From the NCBI RefSeq assembly GCF_009914755.1, contig NC_060937.1: a stretch of DNA of 64,000 nt; one strand, 5' to 3'. The stretch is from the human T2T-CHM13v2.0 reference genome, Homo sapiens. This document shows positions 31,121 through 47,920 of the stretch, in pieces. Under the pieces are notes generated by a model. That model had not been told where the DNA came from. It was given only the letters and a program-made list of their open reading frames with translations, and searched no databases. The stretch's first letter is position 1; each line of letters opens with the position of its first letter. A program made the translations under genes and the position numbers.

Positions 31121-32083
31121 GGGAAAGGAAAAACGCCTTCTTCCTAAATCTGAAAGAGCTTTAGTTACTTGGAATATTTACTCAAAATGAAAAACAAGTA
31201 TCTTTAGCTGAGACAAGAATATCTGGGAATGATAGTAAGGAGGATTTCTTTTTAAATGAAAAAAAAAATTAAAACGCAAAAAAAGAACACTGCACACCCT
31301 GGCACACAACAAAAAATTAAGTCAGAGAGCGCTGCAAAGGGACTAATGTTTAAAGATGTATGAAGGACAGAGAAAAAATTTGAAAGACAAGAACTAAAAC
31401 AGGTACTCTGAAAAGTTCTGTAAAGGAAATGAGTCTGAAGGATGAGACGATGCTCATCTAATGAACAAGACAGGAAAAAGGATTTCAGAAGAAGAGGGAC
31501 CATGGAGGGCCAAACGCATGTGGAGAAGAATGAGAAGCCCATTGGTAAACTCACAGGTAGCAGCAGCGGGAGTGGCCTGAAAAGGCCATCATGAGGGATT
31601 TTATTTATTGCTGGAGGTATCGGAAGCTACTATAGGGCAGAATAAGACTGAAATACAAGAGGGAGACGAAGTTGTGTTTCTCTGCTTAGGACAGAGTTGA
31701 TCTGTGAGGCTGCATGCAAGGGGTGTGGAGGGAAGAAGGCAGAATAAAATTAAGACCTGAAGTAGACCAAGGAATGAAAAGAAAAACTGACACTACATGG
31801 CAGTCTAGATCCGGAGCCAGAGCAAAAGGGACAGATGGAGAAAGGAGCAAGGAACCAGGAAACAACGTTCTATTGCAACTCACTTCCAGTGAGCTTCTCG
31901 GGGCTCCTTTTTCAATGGAAAGCCCTCATGCTTTAGAATCTTTATGCTAACATGTGAATACATACAAAACCTGCCCACACCCGCCCTACTGGATCCAAGT
32001 CACTCGAAATAGAAATAACTGAACAGATATGTTTAAATACGATACCAAAGTATTAATTTCTGCATGAATTTCTAATGGGATAA

Positions 32084-32428
<345 letters not shown>

Positions 32429-33055
32429 AAAGGTGAAAGGTTACTAAGAATGTTTACTACTAAAAGAGAGAAGGGTGGGAAATCATATCAGAACCCACAT
32501 TCTTGTGACCAGGTAATACGTCCCCAGCATCTAGGAGCCAGAAAAGGAACTCAGTCTCATCTAATAGAGACACAGAGCCACAGTACACACGCCTTAATAG
32601 GTCAGCACTCCTCTCCTAACTATATTTGGGTGAAGGAACAGGTGGACAGAAGGAATACCAAACATGTTGGGGGGAAAAAAAATGACCTGAAAATAGGAAA
32701 AAAGATGTAAGTAACAATGTTGAACAATAAATAAGAAGGCAAAAACTAACATGATATTTCCTTTTTAATTTCAGAGATTCCTAACCAATGAAAGCATTAA
32801 GTGTTCTGTACATTGTTTGTAATACAACAAATGAGATGTATCACACTGGAAATTCTCTGAAGACAAGGAAGGAAAAGCTCCAGAGTGCAAGCCTCAGGTG
32901 ATCAGAAACAAGAAATGGAGAAGTCCAGATCCCACACATACCTCAGGCCTGATGCATTCACCGGCAAAACAGAAATCAACATGTGACACGCTTGCCAAAA
33001 TCACATCATCTGCCGTTCTAGATATTTCTTCCAGCGTACTGCAAGACCTGAAAAC

Positions 33056-33353
33056 TTTTTATTTTTTTTTGGTGAGACACGGTCCCAGCTCTGTCACCCA
33101 GGCTGGAGTGCAGTGGCGCAATCTCAGCTCACTGCAACCCCGCCTCCCAGGCTCAAGTGATCCTCCCACCTCAGCATCCAGAGTAGCTGGGACAACAGGC
33201 ATACGCCACACACCCTGCTAATTTTTGTAGAGAAGGGGTTTCACCATGTTGCCCAGGATGGTTTCAAACTCCTGGACTCAAGAGATCCACCCATCTCACC
33301 CTACACTCCCCTCCAAGAGCTGGGATTATAGGCATGAGCCATGACACCTGGCC
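33056..33353 (-). mobile_element. Alu
   Basis: TSD ctgaaaacttt. Confidence 0.93.
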
Positions 33354-33982
33354 CTGAAAACTTTAAATATACATGTAGAATACCACCAATTCATACTAAA
33401 ATACCCACTCATCTTTCTTCTTCCAAGCTCCCAAGAGCTGTTCCACAGAACGGGATTGTATTCTGGTGGATGATTTGGCTAAGCCGAGTGATGAGGGCAG
33501 AGAGGACAATAATTGTTATTTTACTGAACAGCAGAGTTATGAAACCAAGAACAGTACAGTAGTTAAAACTAAGAACCCTGAAGACCAACAGGCCTGGATT
33601 TGAGTTGGGAAGAGATGGACAGCTCTCCAAAAAGGCACAAACAATTGAAGGATGGATACCATGGCATATGTTAAAAGCATATTGAAAGGAAAATAAGAAA
33701 GCCAGGAATCTCAGGATGAATCAGTCTAGATCTAGATCAGATGGTGGTGGTGACGAAACCTTATCTCAAGACCGTAATCATTTGTGAAAATGGGAGAAGA
33801 TGGCAGCAAGAGCATCTCCACAGAGAAGAGGCCTGAGAACTCGATGAAGATTATCGGCTTATGAGAGGACCATAATCTTTTAGGCTCCCCTAGAGAAATA
33901 ACATCAGAAGAACTGCAACAGTGGTTAGATGGGGTCAACAAACAACTAGCATCTCAGCCTGACTCGAGAAATGGAACAAACT

Positions 33983-34292
<310 letters not shown>

Positions 34293-35723
34293 AGAAATGG
34301 AACAAATTACAGAGACTCAGAAGTCCCCAGAGAAAGTTCAAATGAATATTCTCTTCTAGCATAGTTGAACACCTTTCGGGGCACAGGAAATGCAACTCAA
34401 AGTGGACAAAATGGGAATCAAAATTGGAGAGCTGTGAGTCGAACAAACTCGAACAGTGGAGAGTTTCGGTTTAGTTTGGAAATCCACATAAATCATGAAA
34501 ATAGAGGATCTGAAATTCATGGAGATTATACAAACATTCCACTTTCAGATAGTAACAGAGATCATATTACAAATAGGCAACAAAGGTCATCTAGTCCTGT
34601 GGCTAGGCGAACAAGAAGCCAAACCTCAGTGAATTTCAATGGTGGTAGTTCCAACATTCTAAGGACTAGGCTTGCTTCAAGGGGGAAAAATTCAGCTGAA
34701 GGATCTTTCTCAACAGTAGGAAGATTAAAAAATGGAACTGGGGGATCAGCTGGCATTCCCAGAGCTAGTGCTTCACGCACTAATTTCAGTAGTCACACAA
34801 ACCAGTCGGGTGGCAGCTAACTCAGGCAAAGGGAGGCACAACAGTTTAAAGCAGCACATGTTTGGGAAAATGGGGCTAGATATAATGTTACAGTGAGAAA
34901 TACAAACCAAAGATTAGGGCCAATAAGATCTACTATAAGTAGCCGAAGCTGTTCACCAATTCAGAGACACAGTGGCACTGTTTGTCATAATTCACAAAGG
35001 GAAAGTAGACCAGTACAGCAAACCACTAGAAGATCTGTCAGGAGGAGAGGTATAACTCAAGTCTTTTTAGAGCAAGATAGAGAACACAGAGGTACTGCAT
35101 ATACCCCATTCTCTAATTCAAGACTTATGTCAAGAATAACAGTAGAAGAAGAATCCAGCAGATCCTCAACTGCTGTACTACGACATCCAACAATCACACT
35201 GGACCTTCAAGTGAGAAGGATCCATCCCGGAGAAAATAGAGATCAGGACAGTATTGCAAACAGAACTCATCCAGAGTAGGGCTAACAGAACATACAGTCA
35301 CTATTCAAAGCAATAGTGGGGGCTTCTGCCGAATCATTTCTCGTTTAGAGCGGTCACGTATTCAAACCTATGTTAGTACCATAATTCTTCCTAGGATTTC
35401 TGAGAACGAGCTTGTTGAGCCATCATCAGTGGCTCTTCGGTCAATCTTAAGGCAGATTATGACTGGGTCTGGAGAATCTAGTACTCTAAGGGAGGGTTCA
35501 ACCACTAGAGAGAAGCTCTGGTTCTCCAAGTCAGAGCTTCAGAGAAATGGTCAGCATTTACCAGAGATGCATTGAGAACTGAGTAACCTTAGGTACAGTT
35601 ACTGACAGCAGCCAGCACAGGGAACGGGACAGGCAGGCCCAAGGAGACAGCACTGAAATGCATGGTGTAAATGAGACCACCCAGCCTCATACCTGAAACA
35701 GTGACAATAGGGGTAGCATGTAG

Positions 35724-36082
<359 letters not shown>

Positions 36083-38574
36083 TGATTTAACCAAAGAGCA
36101 GACTGACAATCTTTCCACCCAGCGCTAGAGCATAACAGTATTGATAGTGAACCAGGTAAAATCTGTAGTGTTTGTATCAGTGACCACATAACTGGAAACA
36201 AGCTCAGGCAATTACCTTGCAGGCATGAATTTCATATTCATTGTACTGACCGATGGCTCTCAGAGAATTTCACTTGTCCGATCTGTCAGCAGCCTGTTTT
36301 AGGGTCCAACATAGCAAACAATGGGTAAAAGTGATGGGATCTACTCAAATATTGTATTTTAGTAGAACTGAATGTTCAAGCATTGTTTTGCTGAGTTACT
36401 TGTGATGAGCTAACTAGGATGAAAAATAACAGATTATATATAGTTTGAACTATTTTTGCGTGCTTTTTAAAACTTGTTATAAAGAGGAAATTTATATAAC
36501 ATTTAAAATACAAACATTAAATTATCCAGAAACACAAAATAATTAACATTGCTAGAACCAAATAACCTCTAAAATGTTTTTATTTTGGTAATTTTCTCAT
36601 GCTAAGCACTTTTGTATCTGCACAATTCAATAGGTTAAAAACCAATCTTCTTTTCCTTAATAGCACAGCAGACTTTACTTTCAAGTTTCATAGGCTTAGT
36701 ATTTATGTCTAGACATTTCTATCTAAATAAGCTTTTCATTAACTTTTTACGAATAATACCTTTTCATGAGAGTATGTGGCTGAATGTGTGCTATACATGT
36801 TATTTGAAATGTTAAATTTAATATACAGCATATCATATATGTATAGTTATATAATTCTAAGGTTAAAATATTCAGTGTACAAGTTTGGTTCTTATTTAAG
36901 CTTTTGGGCTAATACTGCGTATGGCACAATGTTTAATACTGGCAAGATCATCTCAGAGAGAAAAGGGATTCGGATATAATTTTAATATAGAGATAATTTA
37001 CTGAAACATCTCTGACAATCTGACTTATTAGAAAGCAAGCAATATATAATACTGAACAAGTATTTATTCAGTAATGGAAAATTTAGGACATACAGGTTAT
37101 TTAACTTGTGTTCAGCCTTTCTGTAACTTTTTTGAAAGTGCAAACAATTCTTTGGATTATTAAATAAGGTATACAATATGCATGGTTTCTCAAATTTAGT
37201 GTTAAAATCTAAAAAAAGTCTATAAAGAATCGATTGCATAGATAATACTTTAAGTTCACTTGGAGGCTAAATATTTCCAATGAAAACAAAAACCTTTAAG
37301 AGAATGCAGTTTATATAAATACAAAGTATGCATTGATGATCTATTTCTACCAATAAACATTAAAACAAACAAACCAAAAAATCTCAGATTTCACAACTGT
37401 AGGAAGAGCTAGACTTACAGAGATGTTTATTTAACCACCACCACTACCTTCAGGTGAACTGGCTGCATCTCCACAACATTCTGAGACATCAACTTTGAAA
37501 TGATAGCTCACTGAAGGAGTTTCTTTTCTAGCAAAAGGCAAATCTGTCTTTCCCAAGCCAAAGAAAATCCAAACAAAAATCACCAAGCCTCCTGCCTGCT
37601 TGACATAATTCCACCATTGCCTGAGCCTGTGCAAAATGGGGCCAATAATGACTTGCTTCAGGCTTGTCATGATGAGATAGTACACAGAAAACACACAGCT
37701 CTATGCCTGGCATAAAATGGTTTTTCAAAGTTAAACTATTTTTTATCATTATTCCTCAGATTCCAATCCCCTAAAAATTATTTTCCAAGTTTACTCCTAT
37801 TTTGCTCATTCCCTAAGGATCACTATAAGTAAGCGTGGAAGAAGAAGAGTGTCCTGCTCTGTAAGTAAGAAACAACTCCAGACAAGAGATTCCTTAAGGT
37901 ATTATCTGCTTCCAGGGTGTGATTCAAAGGTTTAAGCCCATGCCAATCATTTCATGACTGCAAGTCTGCTATGGCAACACACTTATACAGCCAAATTCTC
38001 AGCAGAATCAATTCCTTTTATCAAAGGTACTATTAAATCAAAACAAAACCACCTGATTTGCATTTATTCACCTTTCTCTAAGTTATCCAATGGGAATGTT
38101 TAAAAAAAAAAAAGGAATACAGTTAAAGGGGAAAGAAAAACAAAACTGGCTTCTAAAAAATAACACAGCCATTATATTGAGATGCATTTCGCTCCAGGCC
38201 ATAAAACATTTATCCCTTGGTAAGGCTGCTCTATGAACACAGGCTTTTTTTTTCCAAAAGTGACACGGGGGTCCGTGTGGGGCATTAGTTATTACTGTTG
38301 CTGACTATTATGAAAATCAACTTTTTTCCTCTGCATTTACGTCTGTGTGTATCACACGACAACCCAGAAGACAGATCGGTAAACTTGCCAACAACAAGAA
38401 ATAAAATAAGCAATAAAATCAACAACAGAATTAAATTACACTGACAAGTTAGAATGCTGGGTTTGAAAATCAACATAAAATTGGAAGTTCAACAGTTTTT
38501 TTTCTTTTTAATGGGGAAATGTGTTTGGAGGCAGGCACAGAAATGTTTGCTGACTGTGTCATATGAACCACTGT

Positions 38575-38760
38575 AAGTGACAAAAAGGTGTGGTAGTCTT
38601 AGGCTGCATTAACAAATGTACAATTTCCAGATCACAGGAAATTAAAGTCTCACTACACTCAAAACTGGCCACACTATATCTGGAGAACTAGATGAGTTCT
38701 TTATTAACACACTTTAAGAAGGACATTGATAAATCAGAGCGCATCCCATAATGAGAAAGG
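38575..38760 (+). mobile_element. CR1/L3 LINE fragment
   Basis: tcttaggctgcattaacaaa...cacactttaagaaggacattgataaatcagagcgcatcc is typical of L3. Confidence 0.75.
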
Positions 38761-38797
38761 GGTCCAGTTCTGGGGACCATGGTCAAGAAGTTCCCCA

Positions 38798-39108
<311 letters not shown>

Positions 39109-40571
39109 CTAATCTCTGGAGATAAACAAAGCCTAGACGACCCTCTGCAGAAGAAGCCAAAAGGAGATATGTGGCCTAATCCCAATTCTAAGATTTCATG
39201 CACCTGGGGACTATTATCATCTCATAGCCTGATAGTACCACCAACAGAAAACAGGCCAGGAATGTGATCAAAGCTCTTAAAAACTAATACTGCTTAAAAA
39301 AAAAAAAAAAAAAAAAGATCACTCAGGACATTCCTAAGAGCAAAGAGAAATATGTTACTACAGGAGTTTCATGAAAACTTACCCAGAAATTGCAGCAATG
39401 CTTTGCTTTATAACATCTAAAAATTGTGCTTGCCTATCTCATCCAATCACTTATAACATGTGTTGTAAGTGATCAGTTCTGATTCATACCACATGATAAG
39501 AACAGCACTCTGACTAAAGGGGGTGGGGTGGGAACCCCAGGGCCAGAGCACTCATCTCATCATAAACTAAATGGTAGCTAGCCAGGCAACTTGGCGGGGG
39601 GAGGTGACAGATGACACTGCATAGGAATTTAATACTTTTTAAAGTTTATCAAGTCCACTCAAATTATTTTTTTGGAAATTTTGAGAGTATATGGAATCAA
39701 CCACTCCCCCAACCTGGAATCATTTTTGGTAAGCATGTAATGGAACATGGAATTACAATTTTCAAGGAGAGTATTTCGAGTAATGAAAATAACTGTCTCA
39801 CTGGGAATTATGCATATAGTTTTTTATGTATATAACACAGAATATTTCTGGAAATCCATCAGATAGAAAATTTAACAATATACATTGCAATATTAAAATC
39901 TGTTTTCTACAGCTCTTTGCCAACCAATCATAAAACATGGTTTTGGATGCTAGGTAAAAGTAACAAAAAGTCTAGTAATATAAAAAGTTTTGATTGGATA
40001 AATGTAAGTCAGTAGAAATGAAAGTACTTTTTATTGTGAGAGATTAAGTGGATTATTAGTGAAGACAAAAGTCCCTAACACTTTAATGCAATGGAATTAC
40101 CACACTCAGTTGAGAAAAACACAAATTAACATATTATGTTAATCTGGATTCAACGTGGGGAAAAAAGAGGAAATAAAAGCATTATCTAACTACCACAAAT
40201 GTGGCATGTTGATAATTTATTGTGACCTAGAATATGACATGCACAAATATACTAATGATTGAGTACTAAATTCATCATCCAAAAACTCTAACTCAAGGGT
40301 CTCTTTCTCCACCTAAAGAAAATAAAAATAAATATGGGTATCAACAATTTTATACTGCTTGTGGTCTCCAATGCTGATGGATTACTTTTCAGCATATCCA
40401 GCAAATTCTAAGTACTGCTCAGTTTAAGTGTCCACAATTTCCCACTGTTAACACTGAAGACAGCAAGAGCAGAAAATTCGTATGTGGCCCGGTAGAAAAT
40501 TCTGCTATAAAACAGAGGTTTTTTTTACAATAATCCGTTATTAGCTTAGACTCAATTACAAAGAGAGTCTA

Positions 40572-40650
40572 GGCTGCTCTGCCTTTGGAGTAGTCATTCT
40601 TTATTCCTTTATTTTAATAAACTTGCTTTCACTTTAAAAAAAAAAAAAAA
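40572..40650 (+). mobile_element. Polyadenylated ERV1 LTR R-region fragment (MER41/LTR8-like)
   Basis: ctctgcctttggagtagtcattctttattcc...aataaacttgctttcacttt followed by A15. Confidence 0.7.
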
Positions 40651-40947
40651 GTTTAATTTTCCACAGGGTGGGAATGTGATTATATGATCTTGTAATTTTA
40701 CATAAGGCAATAAGCACTCTAAAATATTTTAGGTATAAGTCAGAGGAAAACATGGCATATGATAGGTAATGACTTTCCTCTTACCATGTGAAAGCAGGCC
40801 TTGGCACACACATTTTCAAAAGCAATCCAAGGCAGTATAGTTTATCAATCCTACTTTATAGATTCTTAAATTCAAACAAAAGAGTTTTAAATTATGAACC
40901 AGGTCCCTGACCAGGGACCAGGATAAAGTCATCTTTGTCTTCACTAC

Positions 40948-41093
40948 ATTTTATTTTATCTTATTTTATTTATTTTTTGAGTCAAGGTCTTGCTATGTTG
41001 CCCAGGCTGGTCATGAACTCCTGGATCAAGCCAACCTCCCACCTCAGCCTCCCAAAGTGCTGGGATTACAGGTGTGAACCACCATGCCCAGCC
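40948..41093 (-). mobile_element. Alu left monomer (FLAM-like)
   Basis: Single arm with (TTTTA)n tail. Confidence 0.85.
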
Positions 41094-42309
41094 TTACTTT
41101 TTATTTAAAACCTAAGGCTATTTAAGAAAACATCTAATATATGACATATTCTATTTAAATAGAACAACAGAATAACAAATCCTAGCCAGCAGACATTCTG
41201 ATAAGAGGATATATTTTTAACTAATTCCACTTCTCAAAACATTGTAAAAGCTTAAAAGGATTCAATATTCACAAGTCTCCTGACAAAGCAACCAAGTAAG
41301 GCACTGGTCTCAGGCAGTTGTGATGTTTTAAAATAAGTGATAAACAGTTTACAACACTGAAAGCCTAATGACCTCTAAAGCTGTCCTGCTGGTGAGACAG
41401 CTCATGCCCCACACTGAAATGTTCTCTAGTCAGACTTCATAAAAGAAAGTATAGATGCATTTTTGCATTCCAGAGGTTACTGCATGTTACTAAACATGCC
41501 TAAATTTTCTTTCCTATATAGAAGATTCAGAGGTAACTCCTTGCACTTGATAAACTGTTACACACCTACAGAAATGATAACTAGGCTACATAACAAAGTT
41601 GGTAAGTTCCACCAATACCTCCCCTTTCAAAACCCGTCCTTAAAGTGAACGTCTCCATATGCTCTCTCATTGGGGAAAGATGCCTAGTTTCACTTGCAAA
41701 GACACTGGCCCATGAACTTCCCTAAACTAGGTCCATCAGACACTGCCCCGATGATACCAGTCTCAATTCCTTAAAGCTAGAGAACAAACATTCCTCCATC
41801 TAAAGCTATGAACAAGTACCCAAGGGTGACTTTATTGGCAACTGCCCTACATGCACTGAATTTCAGTCTGGCCACTGGGTCCCAAACTCCTAAAATTTCA
41901 CAACCTTTTTCTAAGTAGTTACCATCAGGGCTATCACAGTGTGCAGAAAGAAGAAATGTATGCATAACAATTCCTGGACATACAACAGCCCTTTCCCAGT
42001 TTTATCTTTAAACCTCCCTGCTCTTTATTTAATTTTCCAGAACACAAGCATTAGAACACTGCAATCACCTTTGCTTCTTTTCCAGGTCCATCCCTATCCA
42101 AGCAATTTTACCAACAATTCCCCCAACCACGGCTTCCACCAACCTAAGCCTGTGGGAATCAGAGCACAAAGTCCACTGCCTCCAACTTCCTCCCCACCAC
42201 CTGTATCCACCTCACTCACAACTGTTCATTTTTCCCAAACCCAGATAGATCACATTCACACACCTGCTAAAACCTCAAAACCCTTGGACACTTTAAAAAT
42301 AGTTGGTCT

Positions 42310-43333
<1,024 letters not shown>

Positions 43334-43367
<34 letters not shown>
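43334..43367. repeat. (CA)n microsatellite
   Basis: About 17 CA units. Confidence 0.95.
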
Positions 43368-43369
<2 letters not shown>

Positions 43370-44110
43370 CGTGAGGGTTTCAGTCTTCCCGGGCACTCTC
43401 GCAACTTGTCTGGACAAACCTTGTCACTGTACAACCCCCTCATCCCTTTCTGCACTTTTCACCCTTCCCCTCCCCAGTCCCAAAGAACTCACCATGCTAC
43501 CTGAGTCCGTCCTCTTCAGCTTTTTTGTTCACGCTACTACCACTTCCTAGAAAATGTATAGTGGAATCGACTCATACGATCTAGACCCAAATCTCAGTTG
43601 CACCAAGCCACACTCTCAAAGCCAAGTTTCCTCATCTGTGAAATGGGGACATGGCCAACCTACTGACAGAAGCAGATGAGACCTGGTGGGAGGTAACAAT
43701 GGTATAGAAGTACTTTGAAATAATACAAAACACTACTGGGAATCATTACCTTCACACATCCAAAGCCCTGCAGGCTCAACCTTCCTCTCCAGGTTGTCCC
43801 CCAGGCACCTGCTCTGAAACAGACTCACCTCTCACTCCCCTGAATCAAACAGTAACTGTACTACTACAGACAAACTGTGAGACCACCTATGGCCTACCAT
43901 GTATATTTTTACAAGTGCATCTCGGGAATAAAATACACTTACCCAAACTCCCAAAGAGCAGGACCTGTGGGTGTCCCACCTTTATGTGCCAGCCCAAAGC
44001 CTTGTTCATTCATCCTAAGACCTCAATACTTGAATTCAACAAGGGATTGAACTAGGATTGGATCACAATGGTTGAAGAGGCCCAACCAACAAATGGCAAT
44101 GAATAGTTAA

Positions 44111-44705
<595 letters not shown>

Positions 44706-45349
44706 CATATGGACATAAGACCCATCCACCAATGGCCCTTGCTTCACATGCTCAGTGGGTTGTGGGCTTCGGCTAAAACCTGGGAGGAGATCACAGATTC
44801 AAAGTCTCCTTGTGGGGCACTGTGTTCTGTAAGAGGAAGCTACAGTTGAGAAGGTTCAAGGCAACTAAATATGTGCTAGTAAAGTGAGCATAAATCATTC
44901 TGAAACCAGAGGACCTACAACAAGTAGCCTGGTTTGGGCTTTTCTTGTGCTCAGCAGTCAAGTGATAAGAACCTTTAACTACATTACATCTAACATTTTT
45001 AATTTACAAAATAATGCCCACCACTTCAAAAAAATTGATAGTATTATATCTTCTACCTTTCTATGTCCAAAAAATAAGGGAAGGAGGTTTAAAATATAAG
45101 TAGCTAAACCAGGAACTCCAGTCCTGCCACAATGCTAGGCATATTTGTTCTAGGAATTCAAGTCCTGCTAATTTAAACAGCAAGGGGAACTGAAACTCTT
45201 GAGAATCTCTGATTATACAGAAAATCTCGGTGTCGTTTACACACAGGGCAAGCCAAGGGGATCCTTCTAAACAGTCTGGGGCTGTTTGCTTTTGTTCTTC
45301 TTTTTGTTCCCACTGAAAAGCAAAAATCATTTGTCAACATGGAAAAACC

Positions 45350-45756
<407 letters not shown>

Positions 45757-46483
45757 TCAACACCACTCTGTCATTTTTCTTTGTCTAAATCTTTTTAATT
45801 TCTTAAATGGGAAGGAAGTTGCCTTAAAGTATAATACCAAGATTCCCGCAGGGCACCACTCTGCAGGAATGTGGTTCAGAAACCAAGAATCAAGGGGCAA
45901 TGCCTCCATACAGGTGAGGATTTTCCCACCCCAAAGAGGCTTACTAAAGTTAGGGGCAATTTTCCACCTAACATAAATTATGTTGTGGGGTGGATAAGTG
46001 AGAAAGAATAAAGCCGTTATGACCAATGAGGAAAAATGAAATGGATATAAAAACATTATTGCCAAGGTCTTTGTTCCAGAGTTCTCAATCATTCAGGGCC
46101 AAGAGAGGCTGGACTTAGAGTCCTGCAGGGTGGAGTGGCAGCATTGTGGAGGAGGGATCCCTGCGAAAAGTATTTATGCTGCAACTTTTCAGCATAACCA
46201 AAGCAGACCAACAACTAGAGCTTAAGTTTAGGGCCGCATTCCATAAACTATGACTGTGACCTCATGGCATATACCAAAATCAACTCAAAAGAATCAAAGA
46301 CCTAAATGTAAGAACTAATACATTAAACTCTTAGAAGAAAACATAGGGATAAATCTTTCCGATCTTGGATTAGGCAATGGTTTCTTAGACATGACACCAA
46401 AAGCACAAGCTACAAAAGAAAAAAAAATAGATACTTTGGACTTCATCAAAATTAAGAACATTTTTGCTTCAAAGGACACCACC

Positions 46484-46933
46484 GTTTGTACATCCATATT
46501 CACAGCAGTACTATTCACAACACCCAAAAGGTGTCCATTGAGGGATGAATGGATAAACAAAATGTGATATATACATAGAATAGAGTAGGACACAAGTTAC
46601 AACATGGATGGACCTTGAAGACATTGTGCTAAGTGAAATAAACCAGTCACAAAATAGGATTCCACTCCTATAAAGGACCTAAAGTAGTCAAATTCATAGA
46701 GACAGAAAGTAGAATGGTGGCTGTCAAAAGCCTGAAGAAGGAGGAAATGCGAAGTTATTGTTTAACAGACACAAAGTTACAGTTTTGCAAGATGAAAAGA
46801 GTTCTGAAGATGGATGGTGATTACAATGGGTTGGCATAACAAAATGAAAGTACTTAATGTCACGGAACAGTACGTTTTAAAACGGTTAAGATAGTGTATT
46901 TTATGTATATTTTACCACAAATTTTAAAAAAAT
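46484..46933 (+). mobile_element. Second L1 (L1MA-like) 3' end nested in the older L1
   Basis: gatgaatggataaacaaaatgtg...atattttaccacaa plus A tail; TSD aggacac(c/t)acc at 46473 and 46934. Confidence 0.8.
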
Positions 46934-46966
46934 AGGACACTACCTCCAAAAAAAATGAAAAAACCC

Positions 46967-47318
<352 letters not shown>

Positions 47319-47388
47319 CTAGAATATATGAAGAATTCTTAAAACTCAGTACTAAAAGGACAAATAACACAATTTAACAATGGGCAAA

Positions 47389-47920
47389 GGGACCACTTGA
47401 GCCCCGGAGTTCGAGACCAGCCTGGACAACATGGCAAAACCCCATCTCCACTAAAAACACAAAAATTAGCCAGGGGTGGTGGTGGGCACCCGTAATCCTA
47501 GCTACTTGGGAGGCTGAGGCACGAATATCTCTTGAGCCCGGGAGGCGGAGGTTGCAGTGAGCTGAGATAGTGCCATTGTACTACAGCCTGAGCGACAGAG
47601 CAAGACTCCATTTCAAAAAAAGAAAAGAAAAAAAAAGAGCCGGGCACAGTGGCTCATGCCTGTAATCCCAGCACTTTGGGAGGCTGAGGCAGGCAGACTA
47701 CCTGATGTCAGGAGTTCAAGACCAGCCTGGCCAACATGGTGAAACCCTGTCTCTACTAAAAATAAAAAAAAATTAGCTGGGCATAGTGGTGCATGCCTGT
47801 AATCCCAGCTACTTGGGAGGCTGAGGCAGGAGAATCACTTGAATCCGAGCTGAAGTTGTGCCATTGCAAAAGAGTGAAACTCCATCTCAAAAAAAAAAAA
47901 AAAGGAAAAGAAAAAAAAAG
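47389..47920 (+). mobile_element. Two tandem Alus (5'-truncated Alu plus an Alu in its tail)
   Basis: Second Alu starts ~47637; flanks gggcaaagg / gggcgaagg. Confidence 0.9.

Noticed and set aside
33390-33430. Target-site duplication for the RNF6 retrocopy
   Set aside because: No convincing match between the 5' flank and the sequence after the A tail (tctcagattt), so the 5' boundary stays approximate.
34365-35279. 151-aa and 128-aa ORFs as functional CDS
   Set aside because: They are fragments of the RNF6 retrocopy with non-ATG starts, bounded by premature stops and frameshifts.
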